Origin: Camelus dromedarius
Taxonomy: Eukaryota
DNA: 64,000 nt
Assembly (NCBI RefSeq): GCF_036321535.1
Contig: NC_087437.1
Span: forward strand, 2,046,001-2,110,000
Direction of reading: 5' to 3'
The position numbers were made by a program, and so were the translations under genes. Under the pieces are notes generated by a model. That model was not told the origin of the DNA, did no database searches, and was given only the letters and a program-made list of their open reading frames with translations. Positions 25,201 to 38,831 of the stretch are shown here, in pieces (position 1 is the stretch's first letter; each line of letters begins with the position of its first letter).

Positions 25201-27691
25201 CAGAGAGACATATAAAGAGACAGACAGACACACTAGCCTCTTCATCCATTGAGAAACAGCCGTATATCCTAACCTCCTCCTCCTCATTCATTATATAGGT
25301 AGGCAGATACATATATAGACAGACACACACACACACATACACACACTAGCCTCTTCCTACTCCTCAATTATGTAGGTAGAGAGACACACTAATCTCCTCC
25401 TCCATTAGATAATACATAGACAAACTTAATACATTTTTCTCCTCCTCCATTAGATAGATGGAAAGTGAGATTGACCGATACACCCAGTAGCCGCTACCTT
25501 CTCCTGTTAGAGATACCGAGAGATAGCCAGACACATGGGATTATTTCTTCTTCTCCATTTGATATAGATAGAGACACACTCACAGACACACAGACAGACA
25601 GACACACTACTCTTCTCCTGCTCTGACAGACAGAGAGATAGACACTCTAGCCTCCTCCTTCTTCTCGAATACATACAGCTGCATAGATAGATATCTCATA
25701 TATAGACAGACAGACTTACTAGCTTACTCCTCGTCCATTCGATGCACACATAGACTGTTAGACAGACACAGTAGCCTCTTCCCCTTTTTGTTACACATAC
25801 TTTGATAAAGAGACCCGCACGCACACACACACACACATACACACAGGCTAGCATCCTCCTCTTCCTCAAGTAGGTAGATAGGGAGATAGAAACACTAAAT
25901 TCCTGCTCCGACAGACACACAAATAAAAAGACACACTTGCCTACTGCTGTGCCTGAACTACATAGGTCGATTTTTACACAGATTGATAGATACACAGATA
26001 GATAGAGAGATAGATAGGTAGAGAGGCAGGCAAATGGAGAGACATAATTTTCGCCTCCTCCTCCAGTAGATATATAGACAGACACACACATAGTCTAGCC
26101 TCTCGCATCCTCCAATAGATAGACAATCAGCCAGGCAGTCAGACAGACTGACACACGTGAGGCGCTGTGCAGTTTGGGGTTGGGTTTCAGCGGCGTCCAC
26201 CGGGGACAGTTGTGCCCCTGGCGAGTCATAGGATTTTATCCCATGTCCCTAGCTGCCTTGCCTGCGGGCGGCCCCCGCTCCCCCAAATTCGACGAACTGA
26301 AGCTTTCAAGTTAGCCTGCTCGTGGCAGCAGGCGTTGTAAGGAAAGTGGAAGAGGTCAGCGGCAGCTCCGGAAGCGGCAGAGCATCTAAGGGGGATGCCT
26401 TGGCGAATCGGTCATTTTCCTCCCATTTCCCCCTCTCCTGGCCTCGGGGCAGCCTCTGCTACCGCAGGAGTGCGGGATTTCGTTGTCCTTCTCAGCCAGG
26501 TCCTAGGAAGCTGTCGAGGTGTGCTCAGGGAACAGGGATTTTACTTCTAGAGGACTGCCTCGGGTGAGCCGATCAGTTTGCTCCCATCTCCAAAAGCGCC
26601 TGGCCTGGGGGCGGCCTCTCCTTCCCCAGGTTCCCAGTATGCATGTTTCCAGCTCAGCCTGTGCCCTTAGGCAGGCGCGGTGTTCTTAGGGGCTGCATTG
26701 AGGAGGCGGGGCTGCTCCACCGAGCCCGTGTATTTGCACAGATCTCCCCGTTGACCGGTCCTAGGGTTGGTCTCTGCTACCCTAGTTACACGATGTACAC
26801 ATCTCGGTGTTTTCCGGCTCCCGGGAGGCAAGTGCGGGGTGGTCAGGGGGCGGGGTGGGGGGTTGGAGTGGCGGTGGCGCCTACACAGAGGGAAGAAGAG
26901 GGATGCACGGGCTGTCCAGGGAAGCCTGTGGATTTCCATCCAGTGTCCCCCTCGGCGTGCAATAAGGGCGCCCTCTGCTGCTTCAGGGTGGGATTTGGCA
27001 ACCCTCCAGCTGGGCCTAATAAAGGGAGGCTTCCTCCATTAGAGAGAGAGACATAAAATAGACAGACAGACACACTAGCCTCTTCCTCCATTTAGAAACA
27101 CCCATATGTCTTAACCTTCTCCTCCTAATCCATTATATAGGTAGACAGATACATACATAGACAGACAGACAGACAGACACACACACACACACAAACCCAA
27201 ACCCACACACAACCTTCCCTCCTACCAGTCCTCAATTAAGTAGGTAGAGAGACACACTAATCGCCTTCTCCATTAGATAATAAACAGACAAACGGTATAG
27301 ACTATTTCTACTCCTCATTTAGATAGATGGAATGTGAGACTGACGCATTCACACACTAGCCTCTACCTTCTCCTGTTAGAGAGACAGACAGATAGCCAGA
27401 CTCATGAAATCCTCCATCTTCTCCATTAGATATACATAGAGAAATCTCTAAGATGCACAGTGAGACAAACACTAGTCTTCTCCTCCTCTGACAGGCCGAG
27501 GGATAGATAATCAAGCCTCCTCATTCTTTTCCATTAGGTATAGTTACATACATACATATCTGATAATAGACAGCCAGACAGACATACTAGCCTACTCTTC
27601 CTCCATCAGATACATACATAGACTGATAGACAGATACAGTAGGCTCCTCCCCCTTTAGATACAGATACATAGATAGACATCCCCACGAGCC

Positions 27692-27732
<41 letters not shown>

Positions 27733-30700
27733 GCCTTCTCCTCTTCCTCAAAGAGCTAGATAGTTATATAGACACACTAAAATTCTACTCCAACAGACAG
27801 AATTTTAAATGACACACTATCTTACTGCTATGCCTCCCCACATAGATAGATAGCTAGCCAGATCGATAGAGAGGCAGGCAAATAGAGAGTCATACTAGTC
27901 GCCTCCTCCTCCGTTGGAGAGACAGACAGACACACACATAGTCTAGCTTCAACCATCCTCCAATAGATAGTCATTCAGGCAAGCAGTCAAACAGACAGAC
28001 ACACCAGAGGCGGGGTGCCGTCTGCCTACCTGGTTCGGCGGCGGGGCCCGGGGAAGAGGGTGCCCCTGGTGAACCAGAGGATTTTCTCCCATGTCCCTAG
28101 CTGCCTTGCCTCTGGGCGGCCTCCGCTAACCCAAGTTCGCCGGACGCAAGCCTTTGAAGTCAGCCTGCTCCTGGGAGCCGGCGAGGTAAGGACAGGGGAA
28201 GTGGTCAGCGGCAGACACGGAGGCGGCCCAGAACGCAAGAGGGATGCCTCGGCGAGTCGGTCATTTTCCTACCATCCCCCCTCTCCTGGCCTCGGGGCGG
28301 CCTCTGCTACCGCAGGTGTGCGGCAATTAATTCTCCTTGTCAGCCAGGTCCTGGGAGTCTGTCCAGGTGAGCCCAAGGGACACGGACGTCGCGGGGAGCG
28401 GACTGCCTCGGGTTAGCCGATCAGTTTGCTCCCATCCCCACAAGCGCCTGGCCTGGGGGCGGCCTGTCCTGCGCCAGGTTCAGAGTATGCACGTTTCCAG
28501 CTCAGCCAGCCCACCCGAGGCCGGCGCGCTGTGATCAGGGTCTGCAATGAGAAGTCGGGGCTGACTCACCGAGCCCGTGTATTTGTTCAGATCTCCCTCT
28601 TGGCTGGTCCTGGGCTAGGCCTCTACTACCCTAGGTCCACGAGGTGCTCATCTCTGTGTTTTTCAGCTCCGGGGAAGCCAGTGCGGGGTGGTCAGGGGGC
28701 GGGGAGGGGGCGGGGCGGGGGCGGGGCGGGGGCAGCTACAGAGAGGGCTGAAGCGGGATGCACGGGCTGCCCAGGCAAGCCTGCGGAATTCCATCCAGTG
28801 TCCCCCTCGGCCTGCAATGCGGGCGCCCTCTGCTGCTTCAGGGTGGCAATTGGCATCCCTCCAGGTGGGTCGAGTACTGGGAGGCTTCCTCCTTTAGACA
28901 GACAGAGAGACAAATAAAGAGACAGACAGACACACTAGCCTCTTCATCCATTGAGAAACAGCCGTATATCCTAACCTCCTCCTCCTCATTCATTATATAG
29001 GTAGACAGATACATATATAGACAGACACACACACACACATACACACACTAGCCTCTTCCTACTCCTCAATTAAGTAGGTAGAGAGACACACTAATCTCCT
29101 CCTCCTTTAGATAATACATAGACAAACTTAATACATTTTTCTCCTCCTCCATTAGATAGATGGAAAGTGAGATTGACCGATACACCCAGTAGCCGCTACC
29201 TTCTCCTGTTAGAGATACCGAGAGATAGCCAGACACATGGGATTATTTCTTCTTCTCCATTTGATATAGATAGAGACACACTCACAGACACACAGACAGA
29301 CAGACACACTACTCTTCTCCTGCTCTGACAGACAGAGAGATAGACACTCTAGCCTCCTCCTTCTTCTCGAATACATACAGCTGCATAGATAGATATCTCC
29401 TATATAGACAGACAGACTTACTAGCTTACTCCTCGTCCATTCGATGCACACATAGACTGTTAGACAGACACAGTAGCCTCTTCCCCTCTTTGTTACACAT
29501 ACTTTGATAAAGAGACCCGCACGCACACACACACACACATACACACAGGCTAGCATCCTCCTCTTCCTCAAGTAGGTAGATAGGGAGATAGAAACACTAA
29601 ATTCCTGCTCCGACAGACACACAAATAAAAAGACACACTTGCCTACTGCTGTGCCTGAACTACATAGGTCGATTTTTACACAGATTGATAGATACACAGA
29701 TAGATAGAGAGATAGATAGGTAGAGAGGCAGGCAAATGGAGAGACATAATTTTCGCCTCCTCCTCCAGTAGATATATAGACAGACACACACATAGTCTAG
29801 CCTCTCGCATCCTCCAATAGATAGACAATCAGCCAGGCAGTCAGACAGACTGACACACGTGAGGCGCTGTGCAGTTTGGGGTTGGGTTTCAGCGGCGTCC
29901 ACCGTGGACAGTTGTGCCCCTGGCGAGTCATAGGATTTTATCCCATGTCCCTAGCTGCCTTGCCTGCGGGCGGCCCCCGCTCCCCCAAATTCGACGGACT
30001 GAAGCTTTCAAGTTAGCCTGCTCGTGGCAGCAGGCGTTGTAAGGAAAGTGGAAGAGGTGAGCGGCAGCTCCGGAAGCGGCAGAGCATCTAAGGGGGATGC
30101 CTCGGCGAATCGGTCATTTTCCTCCCATTTCCCCCTCTCCTGGCCTCGGGGCAGCCTCTGCTACCCCAGGAGTGCGGGATTTCGTTGTCCTTGTCAGCCA
30201 GGTCCTAGGAAGCTGTCGAGGTGTGCTCAGGGAACAGGGATGTCGCTTCTAGAGGACTGCCTCGGGTGAGCCGATCAGTTTGCTCCCATCTCCACAAGCG
30301 CCTGGCCTGGGGGCGGCCTCTCCTTCCCCAGGTTCCCAGTATGCATGTTTCCAGCTCAGCCTGTGCCCTTAGGCAGGCGCGGTGTTCTTAGGGGCTGCAT
30401 TGAGGAGGCGGGGCTGCTCCACCGAGCCCGTGTATTTGCACAGATCTCCCCGTTGACCGGTCCTAGGGTTGGTCTCTGCTACCCTAGGTACACGATGTAC
30501 ACATCTCGTTGTTTTCCGGCCCCCGGGAGGCAAGTGCGGGGTGGTCAGGGGGCGGGGGGGGGGGGTGGCGTTGGCGCCTACACAGAGGGAGGAAGAGGGA
30601 TGCACGGGCTGTCCAGGGAAGCCTGTGGATTTCCATCCAGTGTCCCCCTCGGCGTGCAATGATGGCACCCTCTGCTGCTTCAGGGTGACAATTGGCATCC

Positions 30701-33235
30701 CTCCAGCTGGGCCTAATAAAGGGAGGCTTCCTCCATTAGACAGACAGAGAGACATATAAAGAGACAGACAGACACACTAGCCTCTTCATCCATTGAGAAA
30801 CAGCCGTATATCCTAACCTCCTCCTCCTCATTCATTATATAGGTAGGCAGATACATATATAGACAGACACACACACACACATACACACACTAGCCTCTTC
30901 CTACTCCTCAATTATGTAGGTAGAGAGACACACTAATCTCCTCCTCCATTAGATAATACATAGACAAACTTAATACATTTTTCTCCTCCTCCATTAGATA
31001 GATGGAAAGTGAGATTGACCGATACACCCAGTAGCCGCTACCTTCTCCTGTTAGAGATACCGAGAGATAGCCAGACACATGGGATTATTTCTTCTTCTCC
31101 ATTTGATATAGATAGAGACACACTCACAGACACACAGACAGACAGACACACTACTCTTCTCCTGCTCTGACAGACAGAGAGATAGACACTCTAGCCTCCT
31201 CCTTCTTCTCGAATACATACAGCTGCATAGATAGATATCTCCTATATAGACAGACAGACTTACTAGCTTACTCCTCGTCCATTCGATGCACACATAGACT
31301 GTTAGACAGACACAGTAGCCTCTTCCCCTCTTTGTTACACATACTTTGATAAAGAGACCCGCACGCACACACACACACACATACACACAGGCTAGCATCC
31401 TCCTCTTCCTCAAGTAGGTAGATAGGGAGATAGAAACACTAAATTCCTGCTCCGACAGACACACAAATAAAAAGACACACTTGCCTACTGCTGTGCCTGA
31501 ACTACATAGGTCGATTTTTACACAGATTGATAGATACACAGATAGATAGAGAGATAGATAGGTAGAGAGGCAGGCAAATGGAGAGACATAATTTTCGCCT
31601 CCTCCTCCAGTAGATATATAGACAGACACACACATAGTCTAGCCTCTCGCATCCTCCAATAGATAGACAATCAGCCAGGCAGTCAGACAGACTGACACAC
31701 GTGAGGCGCTGTGCAGTTTGGGGTTGGGTTTCAGCGGCGTCCACCGGGGACAGTTGTGCCCCTGGCGAGTCATAGGATTTTATCCCATGTCCCTAGCTGC
31801 CTTGCCTGCGGGCGGCCCCCGCTCCCCCAAATTCGACGAACTGAAGCTTTCAAGTTAGCCTGCTCGTGGCAGCAGGCGTTGTAAGGAAAGTGGAAGAGGT
31901 CAGCGGCAGCTCCGGAAGCGGCAGAGCATCTAAGGGGGATGCCTTGGCGAATCGGTCATTTTCCTCCCATTTCCCCCTCTCCTGGCCTCGGGGCAGCCTC
32001 TGCTACCGCAGGAGTGCGGGATTTCGTTGTCCTTCTCAGCCAGGTCCTAGGAAGCTGTCGAGGTGTGCTCAGGGAACAGGGATTTTACTTCTAGAGGACT
32101 GCCTCGGGTGAGCCGATCAGTTTGCTCCCATCTCCAAAAGCGCCTGGCCTGGGGGCGGCCTCTCCTTCCCCAGGTTCCCAGTATGCATGTTTCCAGCTCA
32201 GCCTGTGCCCTTAGGCAGGCGCGGTGTTCTTAGGGGCTGCATTGAGGAGGCGGGGCTGCTCCACCGAGCCCGTGTATTTGCACAGATCTCCCCGTTGACC
32301 GGTCCTAGGGTTGGTCTCTGCTACCCTAGTTACACGATGTACACATCTCGGTGTTTTCCGGCTCCCGGGAGGCAAGTGCGGGGTGGTCAGGGGGCGGGGT
32401 GGGGGGTTGGAGTGGCGGTGGCGCCTACACAGAGGGAAGAAGAGGGATGCACGGGCTGTCCAGGGAAGCCTGTGGATTTCCATCCAGTGTCCCCCTCGGC
32501 GTGCAATAAGGGCGCCCTCTGCTGCTTCAGGGTGGGATTTGGCAACCCTCCAGCTGGGCCTAATAAAGGGAGGCTTCCTCCATTAGAGAGAGAGACATAA
32601 AATAGACAGACAGACACACTAGCCTCTTCCTCCATTTAGAAACACCCATATGTCTTAACCTTCTCCTCCTAATCCATTATATAGGTAGACAGATACATAC
32701 ATAGACAGACAGACAGACAGACACACACACACACACAAACCCAAACCCACACACAACCTTCCCTCCTACCAGTCCTCAATTAAGTAGGTAGAGAGACACA
32801 CTAATCGCCTTCTCCATTAGATAATAAACAGACAAACGGTATAGACTATTTCTACTCCTCATTTAGATAGATGGAATGTGAGACTGACGCATTCACACAC
32901 TAGCCTCTACCTTCTCCTGTTAGAGAGACAGACAGATAGCCAGACTCATGAAATCCTCCATCTTCTCCATTAGATATACATAGAGAAATCTCTAAGATGC
33001 ACAGTGAGACAAACACTAGTCTTCTCCTCCTCTGACAGGCCGAGGGATAGATAATCAAGCCTCCTCATTCTTTTCCATTAGGTATAGTTACATACATACA
33101 TATCTGATAATAGACAGCCAGACAGACATACTAGCCTACTCTTCCTCCATCAGATACATACATAGACTGATAGACAGATACAGTAGGCTCCTCCCCCTTT
33201 AGATACAGATACATAGATAGACATCCCCACGAGCC

Positions 33236-33276
<41 letters not shown>

Positions 33277-35067
33277 GCCTTCTCCTCTTCCTCAAAGAGC
33301 TAGATAGTTATATAGACACACTAAAATTCTACTCCAACAGACAGAATTTTAAATGACACACTATCTTACTGCTATGCCTCCCCACATAGATAGATAGCTA
33401 GCCAGATCGATAGAGAGGCAGGCAAATAGAGAGTCATACTAGTCGCCTCCTCCTCCGTTGGAGAGACAGACAGACACACACATAGTCTAGCTTCAACCAT
33501 CCTCCAATAGATAGTCATTCAGGCAAGCAGTCAAACAGACAGACACACCAGAGGCGGGGTGCCGTCTGCCTACCTGGTTCGGCGGCGGGGCCCGGGGAAG
33601 AGGGTGCCCCTGGTGAACCAGAGGATTTTCTCCCATGTCCCTAGCTGCCTTGCCTCTGGGCGGCCTCCGCTAACCCAAGTTCGCCGGACGCAAGCCTTTG
33701 AAGTCAGCCTGCTCCTGGGAGCCGGCGAGGTAAGGACAGGGGAAGTGGTCAGCGGCAGACACGGAGGCGGCCCAGAACGCAAGAGGGATGCCTCGGCGAG
33801 TCGGTCATTTTCCTACCATCCCCCCTCTCCTGGCCTCGGGGCGGCCTCTGCTACCGCAGGTGTGCGGCAATTAATTCTCCTTGTCAGCCAGGTCCTGGGA
33901 GTCTGTCCAGGTGAGCCCAAGGGACACGGACGTCGCGGGGAGCGGACTGCCTCGGGTTAGCCGATCAGTTTGCTCCCATCCCCACAAGCGCCTGGCCTGG
34001 GGGCGGCCTGTCCTGCGCCAGGTTCAGAGTATGCACGTTTCCAGCTCAGCCAGCCCACCCGAGGCCGGCGCGCTGTGATCAGGGTCTGCAATGAGAAGTC
34101 GGGGCTGACTCACCGAGCCCGTGTATTTGTTCAGATCTCCCTCTTGGCTGGTCCTGGGCTAGGCCTCTACTACCCTAGGTCCACGAGGTGCTCATCTCTG
34201 TGTTTTTCAGCTCCGGGGAAGCCAGTGCGGGGTGGTCAGGGGGCGGGGAGGGGGCGGGGCGGGGGCGGGGCGGGGGCAGCTACAGAGAGGGCTGAAGCGG
34301 GATGCACGGGCTGCCCAGGCAAGCCTGCGGAATTCCATCCAGTGTCCCCCTCGGCCTGCAATGCGGGCGCCCTCTGCTGCTTCAGGGTGGCAATTGGCAT
34401 CCCTCCAGGTGGGTCGAGTACTGGGAGGCTTCCTCCTTTAGACAGACAGAGAGACAAATAAAGAGACAGACAGACACACTAGCCTCTTCATCCATTGAGA
34501 AACAGCCGTATATCCTAACCTCCTCCTCCTCATTCATTATATAGGTAGACAGATACATATATAGACAGACACACACACACACATACACACACTAGCCTCT
34601 TCCTACTCCTCAATTAAGTAGGTAGAGAGACACACTAATCTCCTCCTCCTTTAGATAATACATAGACAAACTTAATACATTTTTCTCCTCCTCCATTAGA
34701 TAGATGGAAAGTGAGATTGACCGATACACCCAGTAGCCGCTACCTTCTCCTGTTAGAGATACCGAGAGATAGCCAGACACATGGGATTATTTCTTCTTCT
34801 CCATTTGATATAGATAGAGACACACTCACAGACACACAGACAGACAGACACACTACTCTTCTCCTGCTCTGACAGACAGAGAGATAGACACTCTAGCCTC
34901 CTCCTTCTTCTCGAATACATACAGCTGCATAGATAGATATCTCCTATATAGACAGACAGACTTACTAGCTTACTCCTCGTCCATTCGATGCACACATAGA
35001 CTGTTAGACAGACACAGTAGCCTCTTCCCCTCTTTGTTACACATACTTTGATAAAGAGACCCGCACG

Positions 35068-35098
<31 letters not shown>

Positions 35099-38000
35099 AC
35101 AGGCTAGCATCCTCCTCTTCCTCAAATAGGTAGATAGGGAGATAGAAACACTAAATTCCTCCTCCAACAGACAAACAAATAAAAAGAAACACTTGCCTAC
35201 TGCTGTGCCTGCACCTCATAGGTCGATTTTTACACAGATTGATAGATACACAGATAGATAGAGAGATAGATAGATAGAGAGGCAGGCAAATGGAGAGACA
35301 TAATATTCGCCTCCTCATCCAGTAGCTATATAGACAGACACACACATAGTCTAGCCTCTCGCATCCTCCAATAGATAGACAATCAGCCAGGCAGTCACAC
35401 ATTCTGACACACGTGAGGCGGTGTGCAGTCTGGGGTTGGGCTTCAGCGGCGCCGACCGGGGACAGGTGTGCCACTTACGAGCCATAGGACTTTATCCCAT
35501 GTCCCTAGCTGCCTTGCCTGGGGGCGGCCCCCGCTCCCCCAAATTCGACGGACTGAAGCTTTCAAGTTAGCCTGCTCGTGGCAGCAGGCGTTGTAAGGAA
35601 AGTGGAAGAGGTGAGCGGCAGCTCCGGAAGCGGCAGAGCATCTAAGGGGGATGCCTCGGCGAATCGGTCATTTTCCTCCCATTTCCCCCTCTCCTGGCCT
35701 CGGGGCAGCCTCTGCTACCCCAGGAGTGCGGGATTTCGTTGTCCTTGTCAGCCAGGTCCTAGGAAGCTGTCGAGGTGTGCTCAGGGGACAGGGATGTCGC
35801 TTCTAGAGGACTGCCTCGGGTGAGCCGATCAGTTTGCTCCCATCTCCACAAGCGCCTGGCCTGGGGGCGGCCTCTCCTTCCCCAGGTTCGCAGTATGCAT
35901 GTTTCCAGCTCAGCCTGTGCCCTTAGGCAGGCGCGGTGTTCTTAGGGGCTGCATTGAGGAGGCGGGGCTGCTCCACCGAGCCCGTGTATTTGCACAGATC
36001 TCCCCGTTGACCGGTCCTAGGGTTGGTCTCTGCTACCCTAGGTACACGATGTACACATCTCGTTGTTTTCCGGCCCCCGGGAGGCAAGTGCGGGGTGGTC
36101 AGGGGGCGGGGGGGGGGGTTGGCGTTGGCGCCTACACAGAGGGAGGAAGAGGGATGCACGGGCTGTCCAGGGAAGCCTGTGGATTTCCATCCAGTGTCCC
36201 CCTCGGCGTGCAATGATGGCACCCTCTGCTGCTTCAGGGTGACAATTGGCATCCCTCCAGCTGGGCCTAATAAAGGGAGGCTTCCTCCATTAGACAGACA
36301 GAGAGACATATAAAGAGACAGACAGACACACTAGCCTCTTCATCCATTGAGAAACAGCCGTATATCCTAACCTCCTCCTCCTCATTCATTATATAGGTAG
36401 GCAGATACATATATAGACAGACACACACACACACATACACACACTAGCCTCTTCCTACTCCTCAATTATGTAGGTAGAGAGACACACTAATCTCCTCCTC
36501 CATTAGATAATACATAGACAAACTTAATACATTTTTCTCCTCCTCCATTAGATAGATGGAAAGTGAGATTGACCGATACACCCAGTAGCCGCTACCTTCT
36601 CCTGTTAGAGATACCGAGAGATAGCCAGACACATGGGATTATTTCTTCTTCTCCATTTGATATAGATAGAGACACACTCACAGACACACAGACAGACAGA
36701 CACACTACTCTTCTCCTGCTCTGACAGACAGAGAGATAGACACTCTAGCCTCCTCCTTCTTCTCGAATACATACAGCTGCATAGATAGATATCTCATATA
36801 TAGACAGACAGACTTACTAGCTTACTCCTCGTCCATTCGATGCACACATAGACTGTTAGACAGACACAGTAGCCTCTTCCCCTCTTTGTTACACATACTT
36901 TGATAAAGAGACCCGCACGCACACACACACACACATACACACAGGCTAGCATCCTCCTCTTCCTCAAGTAGGTAGATAGGGAGATAGAAACACTAAATTC
37001 CTGCTCCGACAGACACACAAATAAAAAGACACACTTGCCTACTGCTGTGCCTGAACTACATAGGTCGATTTTTACACAGATTGATAGATACACAGATAGA
37101 TAGAGAGATAGATAGGTAGAGAGGCAGGCAAATGGAGAGACATAATTTTCGCCTCCTCCTCCAGTAGATATATAGACAGACACACACATAGTCTAGCCTC
37201 TCGCATCCTCCAATAGATAGACAATCAGCCAGGCAGTCAGACAGACTGACACACGTGAGGCGCTGTGCAGTTTGGGGTTGGGTTTCAGCGGCGTCCACCG
37301 GGGACAGTTGTGCCCCTGGCGAGTCATAGGATTTTATCCCATGTCCCTAGCTGCCTTGCCTGCGGGCGGCCCCCGCTCCCCCAAATTCGACGAACTGAAG
37401 CTTTCAAGTTAGCCTGCTCGTGGCAGCAGGCGTTGTAAGGAAAGTGGAAGAGGTCAGCGGCAGCTCCGGAAGCGGCAGAGCATCTAAGGGGGATGCCTTG
37501 GCGAATCGGTCATTTTCCTCCCATTTCCCCCTCTCCTGGCCTCGGGGCAGCCTCTGCTACCGCAGGAGTGCGGGATTTCGTTGTCCTTCTCAGCCAGGTC
37601 CTAGGAAGCTGTCGAGGTGTGCTCAGGGAACAGGGATTTTACTTCTAGAGGACTGCCTCGGGTGAGCCGATCAGTTTGCTCCCATCTCCAAAAGCGCCTG
37701 GCCTGGGGGCGGCCTCTCCTTCCCCAGGTTCCCAGTATGCATGTTTCCAGCTCAGCCTGTGCCCTTAGGCAGGCGCGGTGTTCTTAGGGGCTGCATTGAG
37801 GAGGCGGGGCTGCTCCACCGAGCCCGTGTATTTGCACAGATCTCCCCGTTGACCGGTCCTAGGGTTGGTCTCTGCTACCCTAGTTACACGATGTACACAT
37901 CTCGGTGTTTTCCGGCTCCCGGGAGGCAAGTGCGGGGTGGTCAGGGGGCGGGGGTGGGGGGTTGGAGTGGCGGTGGCGCCTACACAGAGGGAAGAAGAGG

Positions 38001-38790
38001 GATGCACGGGCTGTCCAGGGAAGCCTGTGGATTTCCATCCAGTGTCCCCCTCGGCGTGCAATAAGGGCGCCCTCTGCTGCTTCAGGGTGGGATTTGGCAA
38101 CCCTCCAGCTGGGCCTAATAAAGGGAGGCTTCCTCCATTAGAGAGAGAGACATAAAATAGACAGACAGACACACTAGCCTCTTCCTCCATTTAGAAACAC
38201 CCATATGTCTTAACCTTCTCCTCCTAATCCATTATATAGGTAGACAGATACATACATAGACAGACAGACAGACAGACACACACACACACACAAACCCAAA
38301 CCCACACACAACCTTCCCTCCTACCAGTCCTCAATTAAGTAGGTAGAGAGACACACTAATCGCCTTCTCCATTAGATAATAAACAGACAAACGGTATAGA
38401 CTATTTCTACTCCTCATTTAGATAGATGGAATGTGAGACTGACGCATTCACACACTAGCCTCTACCTTCTCCTGTTAGAGAGACAGACAGATAGCCAGAC
38501 TCATGAAATCCTCCATCTTCTCCATTAGATATACATAGAGAAATCTCTAAGATGCACAGTGAGACAAACACTAGTCTTCTCCTCCTCTGACAGGCCGAGG
38601 GATAGATAATCAAGCCTCCTCATTCTTTTCCATTAGGTATAGTTACATACATACATATCTGATAATAGACAGCCAGACAGACATACTAGCCTACTCTTCC
38701 TCCATCAGATACATACATAGACTGATAGACAGATACAGTAGGCTCCTCCCCCTTTAGATACAGATACATAGATAGACATCCCCACGAGCC

Positions 38791-38831
<41 letters not shown>

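Noticed and set aside
30549..30566. Variable poly-G length among A/X monomers
   Set aside because: Homopolymer length differences are a common long-read error and cannot be interpreted without reads.
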